From the NCBI RefSeq assembly GCF_003364115.1, contig NZ_NXLL01000007.1, forward strand, positions 18,373 to 82,372: a stretch of DNA of 64,000 bases, in the 5' to 3' direction. The DNA is from Helicobacter sp. MIT 00-7814. GTDB lineage: Bacteria > Campylobacterota > Campylobacteria > Campylobacterales > Helicobacteraceae. The notes under the pieces are model-generated. The model was not told where the DNA came from and did not search any database. It saw nothing but the letters and a program-made list of their open reading frames with translations. Shown here piece by piece: positions 48,702 through 59,568 of this stretch (its first letter is position 1; every line of letters begins with the position of its first letter). Made by a program: the position numbers and the translations under genes.

Positions 48702-50240
48702 TTAATGCAAGAAATGGCGCACACCGCTAAAATACATTGCAATCCCGTGTTTATCGCATTCTGCGATCACTTCATCATCGCGTATGCTGCCCCCGGGCTG
48801 GATTATCGCGCTAACCCCCGCACTTTGGGCAAGTTCTACGCTATCTTTAAATGGGAAAAACGCCTCGCTTGCCATCGCGCTTCCTTGCAAGGAAAGTCCC
48901 ATGTCCTTTGCCTTTTGCATTGCTGCGCGCGCAGAATCTATGCGGCTTGTCATACCCATTCCAATGCCCACCAGCGCGCCATCTTTGACATAAGTGACGC
49001 AATTTGATTTTGTGAGACTTGCGATTTTATACGCGATTTCTAAATCCCGCATTTGCTCTTTTGGCGCGCTTTTTTGACTAACAAGCTTTGCATTTGCCAC
49101 CTCATCTTTTTCTACTTTGTCGCTTTGCTGATAGACAAAGCCCCCTTGTATGTGCTTAAAATCATACTTATCAAGCGCAAATTCTAGCGTGTTGCGCGCA
49201 TTTGTAAGTATAAAAATTTTGGTGCGTTTTTTTGACGCAAATACTTCTAGCGCCTCATCTGTAATCCCTGCAGCGATAATTACTTCGATAAAAATTTCAT
49301 TCATTTTCTGCGCCAAATCTTTTTCAATAACGCCATTTACCGCCACCACGCCACCATATGCGCTCACACTATCGCATTTTAGCGCGCTCACATAAGAATC
49401 TAGTAAATTTTCTTTTATCGCAAAGCCACAGGCATTGCCATGCTTTACAATGCTTACCGCCTTTGCCTCGCCAAATGCGCTAGCAAGCAAAAGCGCGGCA
49501 TTCATATCGGTGAAGTTATTAAAGCTCGGCTCGCCTTTTAAGATTCTAAAATTTTCACTCCAAAAGTTTTCAAACTCATACAGCGCGCCTTTTTGATGCG
49601 GATTTTCCCCATAGCGCGTATCGCGCACCTTGCTTCCTACGATAAATTGCTTCTCCCCAAAGCCTTCGCAAAATCGCCCATTCATATAATTTGCGATCAT
49701 ACAATCATAGCTTGCTGTATGTGAAAATGCCTTTATCATCAATTCCCTGCGTAGTTCCAGCGTGTTATTGTTTGTCTTTAACGCCTCAATCACGCGTGCA
49801 TAATCCTTGCAATCCGTCACCACAAGCACGGATTCAAAGTTTTTCGCCCCTGCGCGCACGAGGCTTGGTCCGCCTATGTCGATATTTTCGATGATTTCAG
49901 CAAAATCATCAGTGCGCTCAATTGTTTGCTTAAACGGATAGAGATTCACACACACAAGGCTAATTGACGCGATATTATGCGCCTTTGCGCTTGCAATGTC
50001 ACTTTCATTTGTCCGCCGATACAAAATCCCCCCAGCGATTTTTGGGTGCAAGGTTTTCACACGCCCATCAAAAAGCTCCTCACTTTGCGTGTATTCGCTC
50101 ACCTCAAGCGCATTTATGCCAGATTCTGCTAAAGTCTTTAGCGTCCCGCCTGTGCTTAAGATTTTATAGCCTAAGCCCACTAATTCACGCGCAAATTCCA
50201 CAATCCCGCTTTTATCGCTCACACTTAGAAGTGCATACAT
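48702..50240 (-). CDS. purH: bifunctional AICAR transformylase / IMP cyclohydrolase
   Basis: MGS-like N-terminal domain ([16 protein letters not shown]...G..ILSTGGT) and AICARFT domain; 512 aa. Confidence 0.95.
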   Translation of the reverse strand: MYALLSVSDKSGIVEFARELVGLGYKILSTGGTLKTLAESGINALEVSEYTQSEELFDGRVKTLHPKIAGGILYRRTNESDIASAKAHNIASISLVCVNLYPFKQTIERTDDFAEIIENIDIGGPSLVRAGAKNFESVLVVTDCKDYARVIEALKTNNNTLELRRELMIKAFSHTASYDCMIANYMNGRFCEGFGEKQFIVGSKVRDTRYGENPHQKGALYEFENFWSENFRILKGEPSFNNFTDMNAALLLASAFGEAKAVSIVKHGNACGFAIKENLLDSYVSALKCDSVSAYGGVVAVNGVIEKDLAQKMNEIFIEVIIAAGITDEALEVFASKKRTKIFILTNARNTLEFALDKYDFKHIQGGFVYQQSDKVEKDEVANAKLVSQKSAPKEQMRDLEIAYKIASLTKSNCVTYVKDGALVGIGMGMTSRIDSARAAMQKAKDMGLSLQGSAMASEAFFPFKDSVELAQSAGVSAIIQPGGSIRDDEVIAECDKHGIAMYFSGVRHFLH

Positions 50241-50331
50241 TTTCGCCCCTTTTTATCTTTCATTAGCTACAATTTGGAATCTGCAATTGTAGCTTGATTT
50301 CGCTCTAATTTAGATTAAAGGAGTTTAGAGA

Positions 50332-51216
50332 ATGATTTGTGTGTTTGACATAGAGACGATCCCGGATACGCATTTACTGCGCGCGAAGTTTGATTTTGAA
50401 AAGAATCTAAGTGAAAAAGAGGTGTGCGAGCACGCTTTTAAAGAACAAAAAGAAAAAAGTGGCTCGGAATTTTTGCCTATTCCATTTCATCGTGTTATTA
50501 GCATTTCAAGCGTGATGAGCGATGAGTTTGGGCGATTTATCAAGGTTGGGAACTTTGGCAGAAAGGCAAAAGAGGAGTTTTTGCAAGAAGTTAAAAATGC
50601 AGATTCTCTGTCCTTAGAGTTGTTAGATTCTTATGAATGTGGGCTTTTGCGCGATTTTTGGGAATTTTTTAATAAAAAGCAACCAAAACTTGTAAGCTTC
50701 AATGGCAGGGGCTTTGATATGATTGCGCTAAGTTTGCGCGCGATGCGTTACAATATCGATGCAAGCGGATTTTTCGAGCAGATAAACCCGCAATTTAACA
50801 AAACAAAATGGGAAAATTACCGCCAACGCTACAGCGAGCAATTTCACACAGATTTACTTGATAGCTTAGGTGGATTTGGCGCGGTGCGCGGGCTGAACCT
50901 TGATACACTCTGTCAAATGAGCGGACTTGTGGGGAAATATGATATGGATGGCGCACAGGTGTATGAGTGCTTTTTTGAATCCAAAGAAAACCTGCAAAAT
51001 GGTTTAGAGCGCATAGAATCTTACTGCCAAAGCGATGTTATCAACACCTATTGGCTGTATTTGAAATACCTCATTACTAAGGGTGAGTTGCTGCTGCCTG
51101 ATTATGCCGAGATTTTGAGCGACTTAGCCCAAAAGCTCCCAAAAGAGCAGGAATATTACGAAGTTTTTAATAAGCAGATTCAAAAAGAGCTAGAAAAATT
51201 AGCCAAAGAAATTTGA
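50332..51216 (+). CDS. predicted 3'-5' exonuclease related to the PolB exonuclease domain (RNase H-like fold)
   Basis: ExoI FDIETIPD, ExoII FNGRGFDM, ExoIII YCQSDV motifs. Confidence 0.65.
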   Translation: MICVFDIETIPDTHLLRAKFDFEKNLSEKEVCEHAFKEQKEKSGSEFLPIPFHRVISISSVMSDEFGRFIKVGNFGRKAKEEFLQEVKNADSLSLELLDSYECGLLRDFWEFFNKKQPKLVSFNGRGFDMIALSLRAMRYNIDASGFFEQINPQFNKTKWENYRQRYSEQFHTDLLDSLGGFGAVRGLNLDTLCQMSGLVGKYDMDGAQVYECFFESKENLQNGLERIESYCQSDVINTYWLYLKYLITKGELLLPDYAEILSDLAQKLPKEQEYYEVFNKQIQKELEKLAKEI

Positions 51217-51239
51217 AATAAAAAATGTAGGGTGAAATT

Positions 51240-52613
51240 GTGAATCTCACGCTTTTGCAGCAAATTGCGCGCTATATAGCTCAATTTAAAAAGATTTATT
51301 TTTGCAAGCGCATTGATGATAATGTGTTTTTGCTCAATTTAGAAAACACGCTTTTTTATATCGATTTAGCGCGTGGGAATAGCGGGATTTATTGTATTGA
51401 GCGCGAGATTTTGGGGGTGAAGTCTTTTAATGCGCCGATGGATTTAAAGTTGCGCGAGTATTGCACAAATGCCACTTTAACAGACTGCCACACAGATGGG
51501 AATAATCGCATTTTGTGTCTGCATTTTTTGGCAAAGTCTTCTTATAAAAGTGAATCTTTTTGCCTTGAGTTTGAATTTACCGGGAAATTTACCAATGCGA
51601 TTTTACTTAATCAAAAGCGCGTGGTTATCGAGGCTCTGCGCCATTTGCCAAATGCAAAGCGTCCTTTGCAAGTTGGCAGAATCTTACCAAAGCTTCCCCA
51701 GCAAACGCGTGCGTTAGAATTGTTGCAAGATTCTAAAAATGTAGATTCCCAAAATATAAATAAAGCCTTTTTATGTGAGCTTTTTACAAGGCATTGCGCT
51801 CAAAAGCTAGAATCTGCCAAAGCCCAAGCGCAGAAAAATCTAGATTCTAAAAAACTTGTGCTAGAAAAAAGCCTGCAAAACTTGCCGGATAAAAATGAAT
51901 TAGAGCATTTAAGCGAGCAGAGCGCACTTTTTGCGCGCTGTATTTTGGCGCATTTGCATGAGATTGAGCCTACAAGTATTTATGCCTCGCATATTTTTTT
52001 GGAGCAAAATTTAGATTCTCTTAATCCTACAGAATCTAAAACCTTACAAATCCCTATCCCAAAGGAAATTGCTAGTTTTTCTGATTTAGCGCAGTATTAT
52101 TTTTTGCTGTCAAAAAAATACGCCAAAAAAGCGCAGAATCTTCATTTGCAAATAGAAAATTTGCAAGATTCCCTGCGTTTTTTAGATTCCCAAAAAGCCC
52201 TTATACAAAAGGCTACTAGCCTTGAAGAGCTAAAAATTTTCACCCCGCAAAAGCAAAGTGGCAAAAAAAATGACAAAAAAAGTGGAACAGCTTTTGAAGT
52301 GTTTTTCATCGCAGGGGTGAAAGTGGGCGTTGGCAAAAATGCTAGCCAAAATATCGCCCTGTTAAAAGCCGCAAGCGCTGAGGATATATGGCTACATGTG
52401 CGCGATGTACCTAGCTCGCATATGATACTTTTTTGCGGGAAGGCTAAAGTGGCGGAATCCGTGTTGCAAAAAGCAGGGCAGATTCTCATCGAGCTTTGCG
52501 GGATTAAGGGAGGGAATTTATCAGTCGATTATACCAAACGCAAATTTGTGAAAATCACACAAGGCGCGAATGTAGTCTATGCCAAATACCAGCGATTAGA
52601 GTTTAAGAGCTAA
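51240..52613 (+). CDS. NFACT-family protein (FbpA/RqcH-like) with C-terminal DUF814/NFACT-R domain
   Basis: C-terminal WLHVRDVPSSHMIL...YTKRKFVKI motif typical of DUF814; GTG start. Confidence 0.65.
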   Translation: MNLTLLQQIARYIAQFKKIYFCKRIDDNVFLLNLENTLFYIDLARGNSGIYCIEREILGVKSFNAPMDLKLREYCTNATLTDCHTDGNNRILCLHFLAKSSYKSESFCLEFEFTGKFTNAILLNQKRVVIEALRHLPNAKRPLQVGRILPKLPQQTRALELLQDSKNVDSQNINKAFLCELFTRHCAQKLESAKAQAQKNLDSKKLVLEKSLQNLPDKNELEHLSEQSALFARCILAHLHEIEPTSIYASHIFLEQNLDSLNPTESKTLQIPIPKEIASFSDLAQYYFLLSKKYAKKAQNLHLQIENLQDSLRFLDSQKALIQKATSLEELKIFTPQKQSGKKNDKKSGTAFEVFFIAGVKVGVGKNASQNIALLKAASAEDIWLHVRDVPSSHMILFCGKAKVAESVLQKAGQILIELCGIKGGNLSVDYTKRKFVKITQGANVVYAKYQRLEFKS

Positions 52614-52632
52614 ATCTTGCAAGGAGGGGATT

Positions 52633-52938
52633 ATGGCGGTAAGCTTTGTAGGAAATATCACTTATATCAACCAAAACACGCAAGCAAGTTCAGTCGCGCT
52701 ATCAAACGCGCAGGCACGCCCTGACATCGTGCAAGAGGCGAGCCTCAATGAGTTTGAGCGCAAACTTCAAGAAATAGAATCTATCACGCCAGCTGATGAG
52801 GCGCAAAATATCAATAAAGACAGCGGTGGGGGCAATGGCGCATATGCAGATTCTAACGCGTCTGAAAACAAAGAAGAGGATAAAAAAGAGCAAGAGATTC
52901 ACTACCACTACGATGGGCTTTTAAATGTAAGGGCGTAA
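52633..52938 (+). CDS. hypothetical protein
   Basis: 101 aa, AGGGGA RBS; no motif. Confidence 0.3.
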   Translation: MAVSFVGNITYINQNTQASSVALSNAQARPDIVQEASLNEFERKLQEIESITPADEAQNINKDSGGGNGAYADSNASENKEEDKKEQEIHYHYDGLLNVRA

Positions 52939-53076
52939 AGCGTGTTTTCTAGTTTTTGAAATTTTCTTTCTTTGTGGTCGCAGAAAAAAATTAAAATTAT
53001 AAAGCCAAAAATCGCTAGAATTGCACTTTAGATTCTAATCTACAAATAATTTAAAGGCAAGCAAAAAGGAGTAAAA

Positions 53077-54408
53077 ATGGTTGAGCGATACGCAAGAAGT
53101 GAGATGAAAAATCTTTGGAGTATGGAGGCGAAATACAGCGCGTGGCTAGAAGTGGAGAAAGCCCTTGTGCGCGGGTGGAATCGCTTGGGACTAATTCCAG
53201 ATTCTGATTGTGAGAAAATCTGCAAAAACGCGCGCTTTGACATCGCGCGCATTGATGAAATCGAGGCGGTGACAAAGCATGATTTGATAGCTTTTACCAC
53301 GAGCGTGGCGGAGTCTTTGGGTGAAGAGTCGCGCTGGGTGCATTATGGCATCACTTCAAGCGATTGCATTGATACGGCGGTGGCGTTGCAGATTCGCGAT
53401 TCGCTAAAAATCATCATAAAAGACTTGCAAGACTTACGCGAAGCGATAAAAACGCGCGCAATGGAGCATAAATACACGCTTATGGTTGGGCGCAGTCATG
53501 GGATCCACGGCGAGCCTATCACCTTTGGGCTGGTGTGCACGGTGTGGTATGATGAGATAGGGCGCCACCTCAAAGCACTAGAATCTAGCATGAAAACCAT
53601 AAGCGTAGGACAGCTAAGTGGCGCGATGGGGAATCTCGCGCATACGCCAATCGAGCTAGAAGAGCTTGTATGCGAGGAGCTAGGACTAAGCCCCGCGCCT
53701 GTGAGCAATCAAGTAATCCAGCGTGATCGCTATGCGCGCGTGATGAGCGATCTTGCACTGCTTGCAAGTAGCTGTGAAAAAATTGCGGTGGAAATCCGCC
53801 ATTTACAGCGCACAGAGGTGTATGAAGCTGAAGAATTCTTTGAAGTCGGGCAAAAAGGAAGCTCTGCTATGCCACACAAGCGCAATCCTGTATTGAGTGA
53901 AAATATCACCGGGCTTTGTCGTATGATACGCTCTTACGCCCTGCCTGCGATGGAAAATGTCGCGCTGTGGCATGAGCGCGATATCAGCCATTCAAGCGTG
54001 GAGCGCTTTATTTTGCCTGATGGCTTTATCACCACGGATTTTATGCTTGTGCGCTTAAGCAATCTTATAAAAAAGCTCGTCGTCTATCCTAAAAATATGC
54101 TAAAAAATCTAAATCTTACCGGCGGGCTTGTGTTTTCCCAGCGCATACTTTTGGAGCTTCCCAAAAAGGGCGTCTCAAGGGAAGATGCGTATAAAATCGT
54201 CCAGCGCAACGCGATGAAAGTGTGGCAAGATCTGCAAGAGGGCAAAAGTGCGCTCAATGAAAAGGGCGAGAGTTTGTATCTGCAGTATTTACTAGCAGAT
54301 AGCGAGCTTGTGGGGCTTATCGGTGCGGATGCGGTGCGCGAGTGCTTTGAGTTTGACTACTATACCAAAAGTGTAGATTCTATCTACAAGCGCGTGTTTG
54401 GGGAGTAG
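53077..54408 (+). CDS. purB: adenylosuccinate lyase
   Basis: fumarate-lyase signature GSSAMPHKRNP; 443 aa. Confidence 0.95.
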   Translation: MVERYARSEMKNLWSMEAKYSAWLEVEKALVRGWNRLGLIPDSDCEKICKNARFDIARIDEIEAVTKHDLIAFTTSVAESLGEESRWVHYGITSSDCIDTAVALQIRDSLKIIIKDLQDLREAIKTRAMEHKYTLMVGRSHGIHGEPITFGLVCTVWYDEIGRHLKALESSMKTISVGQLSGAMGNLAHTPIELEELVCEELGLSPAPVSNQVIQRDRYARVMSDLALLASSCEKIAVEIRHLQRTEVYEAEEFFEVGQKGSSAMPHKRNPVLSENITGLCRMIRSYALPAMENVALWHERDISHSSVERFILPDGFITTDFMLVRLSNLIKKLVVYPKNMLKNLNLTGGLVFSQRILLELPKKGVSREDAYKIVQRNAMKVWQDLQEGKSALNEKGESLYLQYLLADSELVGLIGADAVRECFEFDYYTKSVDSIYKRVFGE

Positions 54409-54424
54409 GCGCGCTGTTTTTTAC

Positions 54425-54530
54425 TATATCACTTGTGCGGGCGAAGCCTACACAAGCTCCGCTTCGCGCTCATATAAAATTTTTTAAGAATCTTCGATTG
54501 TCTCGCTTACGCTCGCGATGACGAAATCAC
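54425..54530. repeat. GC-rich palindromic repeat element (same family as 1805-1915)
   Basis: shares tcacttgtgcgg...cacaag hairpin and ctccgcttcgcgc(t)cata tail. Confidence 0.45.
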
Positions 54531-54560
54531 CGCTTTAAAATCTTTTAGATTCTATAAAAC

Positions 54561-55328
54561 CTATTCTAAATACTTTTCATCGCAAAAGCTTCCCGCGTGC
54601 AGGTGCGAGAAAGCATTTTTGAGTGATTTAAAAAAATCTGGATTTTTAGATTCTAAACTTGCGAGAAATTGCTTTGTGTTTTCGCGTGCAAAGGGGCGTT
54701 TGTCATCATCAAGCCAATTTATGGGACAATTGCAATCAGGCGCGATATAGATTTGGTTATGCGCGATGAAGTCAATAATTTGGCGCTCGCGCACAAAAAT
54801 AAGCGGGCGGATAACTTTCAACCCATTGTGCGCAGTATAGATTGGTGGCATTGAGCGTAGCGCGCCATTATAGGTGAGATTCATAAAAAAGCTCTCCGCC
54901 GCATCATCTAAATGGTGCGCCAAAGCAAGCTTGGTAAAGCCCCCTTCTAGCGCCTTTGTATAAAGCGCACCCCTACGCATACGCGAGCAAAAACTGCAAT
55001 ATATCGTCCCCTCTCTCTTGTGATCCTCTAAAATCTTATAAATATCCGTGCGGTAGAGCTCATAGGGCATTCCGATGCGCTCGCAGTATTCAAAAATATA
55101 CTCATACTCGCCCCCGCGCCCATAATCCACGGTGAGCGCCTTAACCTCAAAATCAAAAGGCGCGTGGCGCTTCATATAGGCTAAAAGTGTGGCTAAAAGG
55201 ATAGAATCTTTGCCTCCGCTTAAGCCCAAAAGCACCTTGTCGCCCTCTTGTATGAGCTTGTATTGCGCGTTTGTCTTGCCTGTGAGACTTAGGATTTTTT
55301 TGCTGATTTGTGGGTAGGTGCTGCCCAT
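54561..55328 (-). CDS. ttcA: tRNA 2-thiocytidine(32) synthetase TtcA-like PP-loop ATPase
   Basis: PP-loop SGGKDS; CxxC pairs (CSFCSRMRRG; CNCP). Confidence 0.75.
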   Translation of the reverse strand: MGSTYPQISKKILSLTGKTNAQYKLIQEGDKVLLGLSGGKDSILLATLLAYMKRHAPFDFEVKALTVDYGRGGEYEYIFEYCERIGMPYELYRTDIYKILEDHKREGTIYCSFCSRMRRGALYTKALEGGFTKLALAHHLDDAAESFFMNLTYNGALRSMPPIYTAHNGLKVIRPLIFVRERQIIDFIAHNQIYIAPDCNCPINWLDDDKRPFARENTKQFLASLESKNPDFFKSLKNAFSHLHAGSFCDEKYLE

Positions 55329-55458
55329 GAAATTCCTTTGAAATCTTTAGATTCCGCAATTATACAAAAGAAAATCACATAAAATCGCGCAGTTTGATTT
55401 AACCTTTGCTTAGAATCTTTTCATTATAATGCGAAAAATTATTTTTTAAGGTGAGTTT

Positions 55459-56421
55459 GTGTGCGGGATTAAAAAGATTGTGAGCGTTTTTTTGCTTTGT
55501 GGGATTGTGGCGCAGGGGGCAAATTTGCAAGATTCTACGCAAGAATCTACGCAAAAACGCGTAGATTCTCCCAAGCGCGCGCAAGCCACAACGCAAACTA
55601 AAAATCGTGCGCAAACATCACAAATTGCTAAAAAATCAAACACGCAAAAGCAAAGCGCAACTTTGCAGGAAAATGACTTGACAGATAATGACGCAGAGCA
55701 GGGCGCTTTGCAAGATTTAGAACAAAAGCGATCAAGTGAAGAAGAGCGCAGAAAGTCCTTAAAACCGCTTGATTATAGCAATCTTTTTAGCAAGCCACCC
55801 ATTGAGTGGGGCAAAATCGCTTCTGAAAAAAGCGGGCTTTTTGTGGGTGTTGGCGGGGCGCTTATCCCAACTATTCGCGCTGAAAATACCGCCGCACAAG
55901 CATATAGAGCAGATTATCCCTTTGGGTATGGATATGATTTGAAATTAGGATTTATGTATTTTTCAAATCCTTATGTGGGCTTTCGTTTATATGGGCAGTA
56001 TGCTAATGCAAAGTCTTTTGAGCCTTACACCAGCGCGCGTAGCACACTTTCTAGGGAATATCGAGTGAGTATGTATAGTGTGGGGCTTAGCGTGATTTTG
56101 GACACTACGCTAGGAAGTCGCTATGAACACGCCATAAGCGTGGCGATTGATGTGTCTTATAGCCCAAAGATTGATTTTCAATCGCGTTGGTGCGATGAGT
56201 TTGGCAATAGAGGCGTAAATGCCTTTAGCGCGGGAAATAAGATCGTGCTAGGGCTCGGACTTGGCTATGTGTATCGCTCAAAACACCGCCTTGAAGTGAT
56301 GTTTAAGCGTTTTACGGACATTAGAGAGAGTGCAGATTCTTTTGTGGCGATTAGAAATACCGCGCCTGTCGTGTTTAATCAACTACTTGGCGTGAGCGTA
56401 GGATATAGCTATGTTTTTTAA
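55459..56421 (+). CDS. putative outer-membrane beta-barrel protein with Q-rich N-terminal extension
   Basis: GTG start with AAGGTGA RBS; signal peptide; C-terminal ...VGYSYVF. Confidence 0.45.
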   Translation: MCGIKKIVSVFLLCGIVAQGANLQDSTQESTQKRVDSPKRAQATTQTKNRAQTSQIAKKSNTQKQSATLQENDLTDNDAEQGALQDLEQKRSSEEERRKSLKPLDYSNLFSKPPIEWGKIASEKSGLFVGVGGALIPTIRAENTAAQAYRADYPFGYGYDLKLGFMYFSNPYVGFRLYGQYANAKSFEPYTSARSTLSREYRVSMYSVGLSVILDTTLGSRYEHAISVAIDVSYSPKIDFQSRWCDEFGNRGVNAFSAGNKIVLGLGLGYVYRSKHRLEVMFKRFTDIRESADSFVAIRNTAPVVFNQLLGVSVGYSYVF

Positions 56422-57337
56422 AAAGCTTTTTTTATTTTGCGCTCTTATTTGTGTTTTTTACGCCGATGAGCTAGCGCAATTCCCAACAAAGCAAGAATTT
56501 AGCCTTGCAAAAAGCTATGTCGTGGAGGATTCTAAAATTTACGCCCATACGCTTTTCCCAGAAATCCAAAAGCGCTTTTTGCTCGCTGTGATACCGCAAG
56601 ATTCTTTAAATCTTATAATGCCTTCTTTTGAGGTGGCGCGCATTTTTGAACGCAATGGCTACAAATTGCAAACGCCTTTTAAAGAAGTACTTTTCACCTA
56701 TCAAGCAAGTTTGAAGCTCCAAAAGCCACGAGAATTTCTCCAAAAGCTCTACACGGATTTTTTTAATGCCAACTGCCCGCAGAGTTTGCGAGTGGATTCT
56801 ATAAAATTTAGCAATTTAGAGGAATTGCAGGGCGTGGATTTCACAAACGCGGATTTTGAACTTTTTGGCAAAAGTAGCGCGCTCAAAAAATCTAGTGGCA
56901 CGCTTGTGGCGAAATTCCCGCAGGATAAGAAAAAAATTTTTTTGCAATATGAAGTGCATGCGTTTGTGAAAATTCTTTCTACAACGCGCAATGTGAGTGC
57001 TGGCGAGGAATTGCAAGATTCTATCTTTGCGCAAGAAGTGGCGTTTGAGCGCTTTTCTGCTTTGCCTGCGTGTGAGAGCGACTTAACTCTTGCAAGCGCG
57101 AAAGTCTATCTTGCAAAAGGAAGCTTTGTAAGCAAAGACAAACTGCGCCCAAAGATTTTGGTAAAAAAGGGCGAATTTGTGTTGGTGCAGAGTGAAGGTG
57201 AGGGATTTAGCATGCAAAACAGCCTTGAAGCGTTGCAAAATGGGAGCTTTGGCGAGGTGATAAATGCTAAAAATACGCAAAGTGGCAAAGTCGTGCGCGT
57301 AAAAATCACAAACAAAAATAAAGGTGTGCTTTTATGA
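56411..57337 (+). CDS. flgA: flagellar basal-body P-ring formation protein FlgA (SAF domain)
   Basis: signal peptide; C-terminal SAF/FlgA-like segment (GE.I....N..SGKVVRVKI...GV). Confidence 0.55.
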   Translation: MFFKKLFLFCALICVFYADELAQFPTKQEFSLAKSYVVEDSKIYAHTLFPEIQKRFLLAVIPQDSLNLIMPSFEVARIFERNGYKLQTPFKEVLFTYQASLKLQKPREFLQKLYTDFFNANCPQSLRVDSIKFSNLEELQGVDFTNADFELFGKSSALKKSSGTLVAKFPQDKKKIFLQYEVHAFVKILSTTRNVSAGEELQDSIFAQEVAFERFSALPACESDLTLASAKVYLAKGSFVSKDKLRPKILVKKGEFVLVQSEGEGFSMQNSLEALQNGSFGEVINAKNTQSGKVVRVKITNKNKGVLL

Positions 57338-57927
57338 ATTATCCAAAAAAGCTCGCAGTTGGGATTTGCGGGGCAAGTGGCGTGCATTTGGCATTGCGAT
57401 TTATTGAATCTTTGCCCCAAGATATTGAAGTTTTTGTCGTGCCAAGTGAAGGCGCGCTAAAGGTGTATGAGCGCGAGATAAGCGCTTTTAAGAGTGATTG
57501 TGCGCGCTCGCTTGAAAGTGCGATTTTAGGCTTAAAGCGCGCAAATCTCACACTTTTAAAATCTCACGCGCTAGATTCTTGTATTTCTTCTGGGAGTTTT
57601 GGACTTGAAGCACTTTGTATAATCCCCACAAGCACCGATACGCTGGCAAAAATCGCGCATGGCATTAGCGATAATTTAATCACGCGCGCTGCAAGTGTGG
57701 TGCTAAAAGAGCGCAAGATTCTCTTACTAGCAGTGCGTGAAATGCCCCTAAATGCGATAATGTTAGAAAATATGCTTTTACTTTCAAAGCTAGGCGCGCA
57801 TATCGCCCCGCCCATTGTTGGCTATTACGCGCAGACTGCGGATTTGGATTTGATGGAGAGGTTTTTTATCGGCAAGTGGTTTGATTTACTGCATATCCCG
57901 CACACGCTTTTTAAGCGCTGGGAGTAG
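57334..57927 (+). CDS. ubiX: flavin prenyltransferase UbiX
   Basis: flavoprotein fold with N-terminal GICGASG and conserved IIPTSTDTLAKIAHGISDNLITRAA segment. Confidence 0.85.
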   Translation: MNYPKKLAVGICGASGVHLALRFIESLPQDIEVFVVPSEGALKVYEREISAFKSDCARSLESAILGLKRANLTLLKSHALDSCISSGSFGLEALCIIPTSTDTLAKIAHGISDNLITRAASVVLKERKILLLAVREMPLNAIMLENMLLLSKLGAHIAPPIVGYYAQTADLDLMERFFIGKWFDLLHIPHTLFKRWE

Positions 57928-57929
57928 AA

Positions 57930-59525
57930 ATGTCGCTTTTAAAAGTGCAGAATCTAAATTTTTGCGTGAGCGAAAGTTTTGCGTTGCAAAGTATCAATTT
58001 TGAGCTAGAAAAAAATGAGATTCTCGCCATTGTGGGAGAATCTGGCAGTGGCAAAAGCATGCTTGCGCAACTTTTGCTAAATCTCTTGCCACAGGCAAAG
58101 TTTCCAAAACAAAGCATTTTTTTTGAAGGGAAAGATTTAAGCGAGCTAAAAAATTGGCGCGCACTGCGTGGGAAGCAAATCGCCTACATTCCGCAAGAGC
58201 CACTAAGCGCGCTCAATCCTTTGCAAAAAATTGGCAAGCAAATTTTAGAAACCTATCTTTTGCATAATCCAAAGCCTACAAAAGCGCGTCTTAATGAGAT
58301 TCTTACAGAATCAATGCAGCGCGTTGGGCTGGATTTTGAGCTAGCAAATCGTTATCCGCACGAGCTAAGCGGTGGGCAAAGACAGCGCGCACTCATCGCG
58401 CTAAGCGTGATTAATAAGCCACAGATTCTCATTTGCGATGAGCCAACAACCGCGCTTGATAGCATTTTACAGGCGCAAATTATAGAGCTTTTGGGAAGTT
58501 TGGCAAAAAATTGTGCGCTTATTCTTATCACGCATGATTTGGCGCAGGTGAGGGACTTTGCGGATAAAATCATCGTTATGCAAAAGGGCAAAATTATAGA
58601 ATCTAACAGCGCGGATAAGCTTTTTAGCGCGCCACAGCAGGCTTATACAAAGGAGCTTTTAAACGCGCTTGATTTTGGAGAATTTAGGCTTAATAACTTT
58701 AGCGAGGAAATTCTTTTGGAATTGCAGGATTTTAGCGCGGTGGTTGCAAGCGGAGGATTTTTGCGCAAAAAAGATAAGGCGCTTGTTAGTGGCGTAAATA
58801 TGCGCTTGCATAAAGGCGAGATTCTAGGTGTAGCTGGAGAATCTGGCAGTGGGAAGTCAAGCCTAGCCTTTAGTATTTTGCGCCTTATGCGCCATAGCGG
58901 TGCGTTGCGCTTTTTTGGCAAGGATATAAGGGACTTTACAAATGCGCAAGCGCGCGCGCTGTGTCAAAAAATTAGCATTGTGTTTCAAGATCCATTTGCT
59001 TCGCTTAGCCCTAGAATGCGTATAGGCGAGATTATCACAGAGGGCTTGGAAGTGGCTTTGCAAGGCAAGGGCGCGCGTAAAGATAAAAATGCGCGCAATG
59101 AGATTCTGACACGCGCACGGATAGAATCCTTGCAACGCGTTGGGTTGGATAAAGAATTAGCAAATCGCTATCCGCACGAGCTAAGCGGTGGGCAAAGACA
59201 GCGCGTAAGTATCGCTCGTGCGCTTGCGCTAAAGCCAAATATTTTGGTGCTAGATGAGCCTACAAGCGCGCTTGATAAATCCTCGCAAAAGCAGATTCTG
59301 CGCCTTTTGTTGCAATTGCAAAAAGAGCTTGATTTGTCACTTCTTTTTATCACGCATGATTTGGAAATTTTGCAAGCGCTAAGTCATAATATTTTGGTGC
59401 TAAAAGATGGCAAAGTGCTCGAACAAGGCGCGAGTAAAGAGGTTTTTAGCATGCCAAAAAGTGCTTATATGAAAGCACTTTTGCAAGCGCAGGTTAAAAA
59501 GAATTTAAATATAAAGAGTGTATAA
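57930..59525 (+). CDS. ABC transporter ATP-binding protein with duplicated ATPase domains (YejF/DppDF-like)
   Basis: two sets of Walker A (GESGSGKS x2), ABC signature (LSGGQRQR x2), Walker B. Confidence 0.85.
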   Translation: MSLLKVQNLNFCVSESFALQSINFELEKNEILAIVGESGSGKSMLAQLLLNLLPQAKFPKQSIFFEGKDLSELKNWRALRGKQIAYIPQEPLSALNPLQKIGKQILETYLLHNPKPTKARLNEILTESMQRVGLDFELANRYPHELSGGQRQRALIALSVINKPQILICDEPTTALDSILQAQIIELLGSLAKNCALILITHDLAQVRDFADKIIVMQKGKIIESNSADKLFSAPQQAYTKELLNALDFGEFRLNNFSEEILLELQDFSAVVASGGFLRKKDKALVSGVNMRLHKGEILGVAGESGSGKSSLAFSILRLMRHSGALRFFGKDIRDFTNAQARALCQKISIVFQDPFASLSPRMRIGEIITEGLEVALQGKGARKDKNARNEILTRARIESLQRVGLDKELANRYPHELSGGQRQRVSIARALALKPNILVLDEPTSALDKSSQKQILRLLLQLQKELDLSLLFITHDLEILQALSHNILVLKDGKVLEQGASKEVFSMPKSAYMKALLQAQVKKNLNIKSV

Positions 59526-59568
59526 TCGCGGATTTTTTAACTTAAATCACTTGTGAAAAGGAGTGCGT

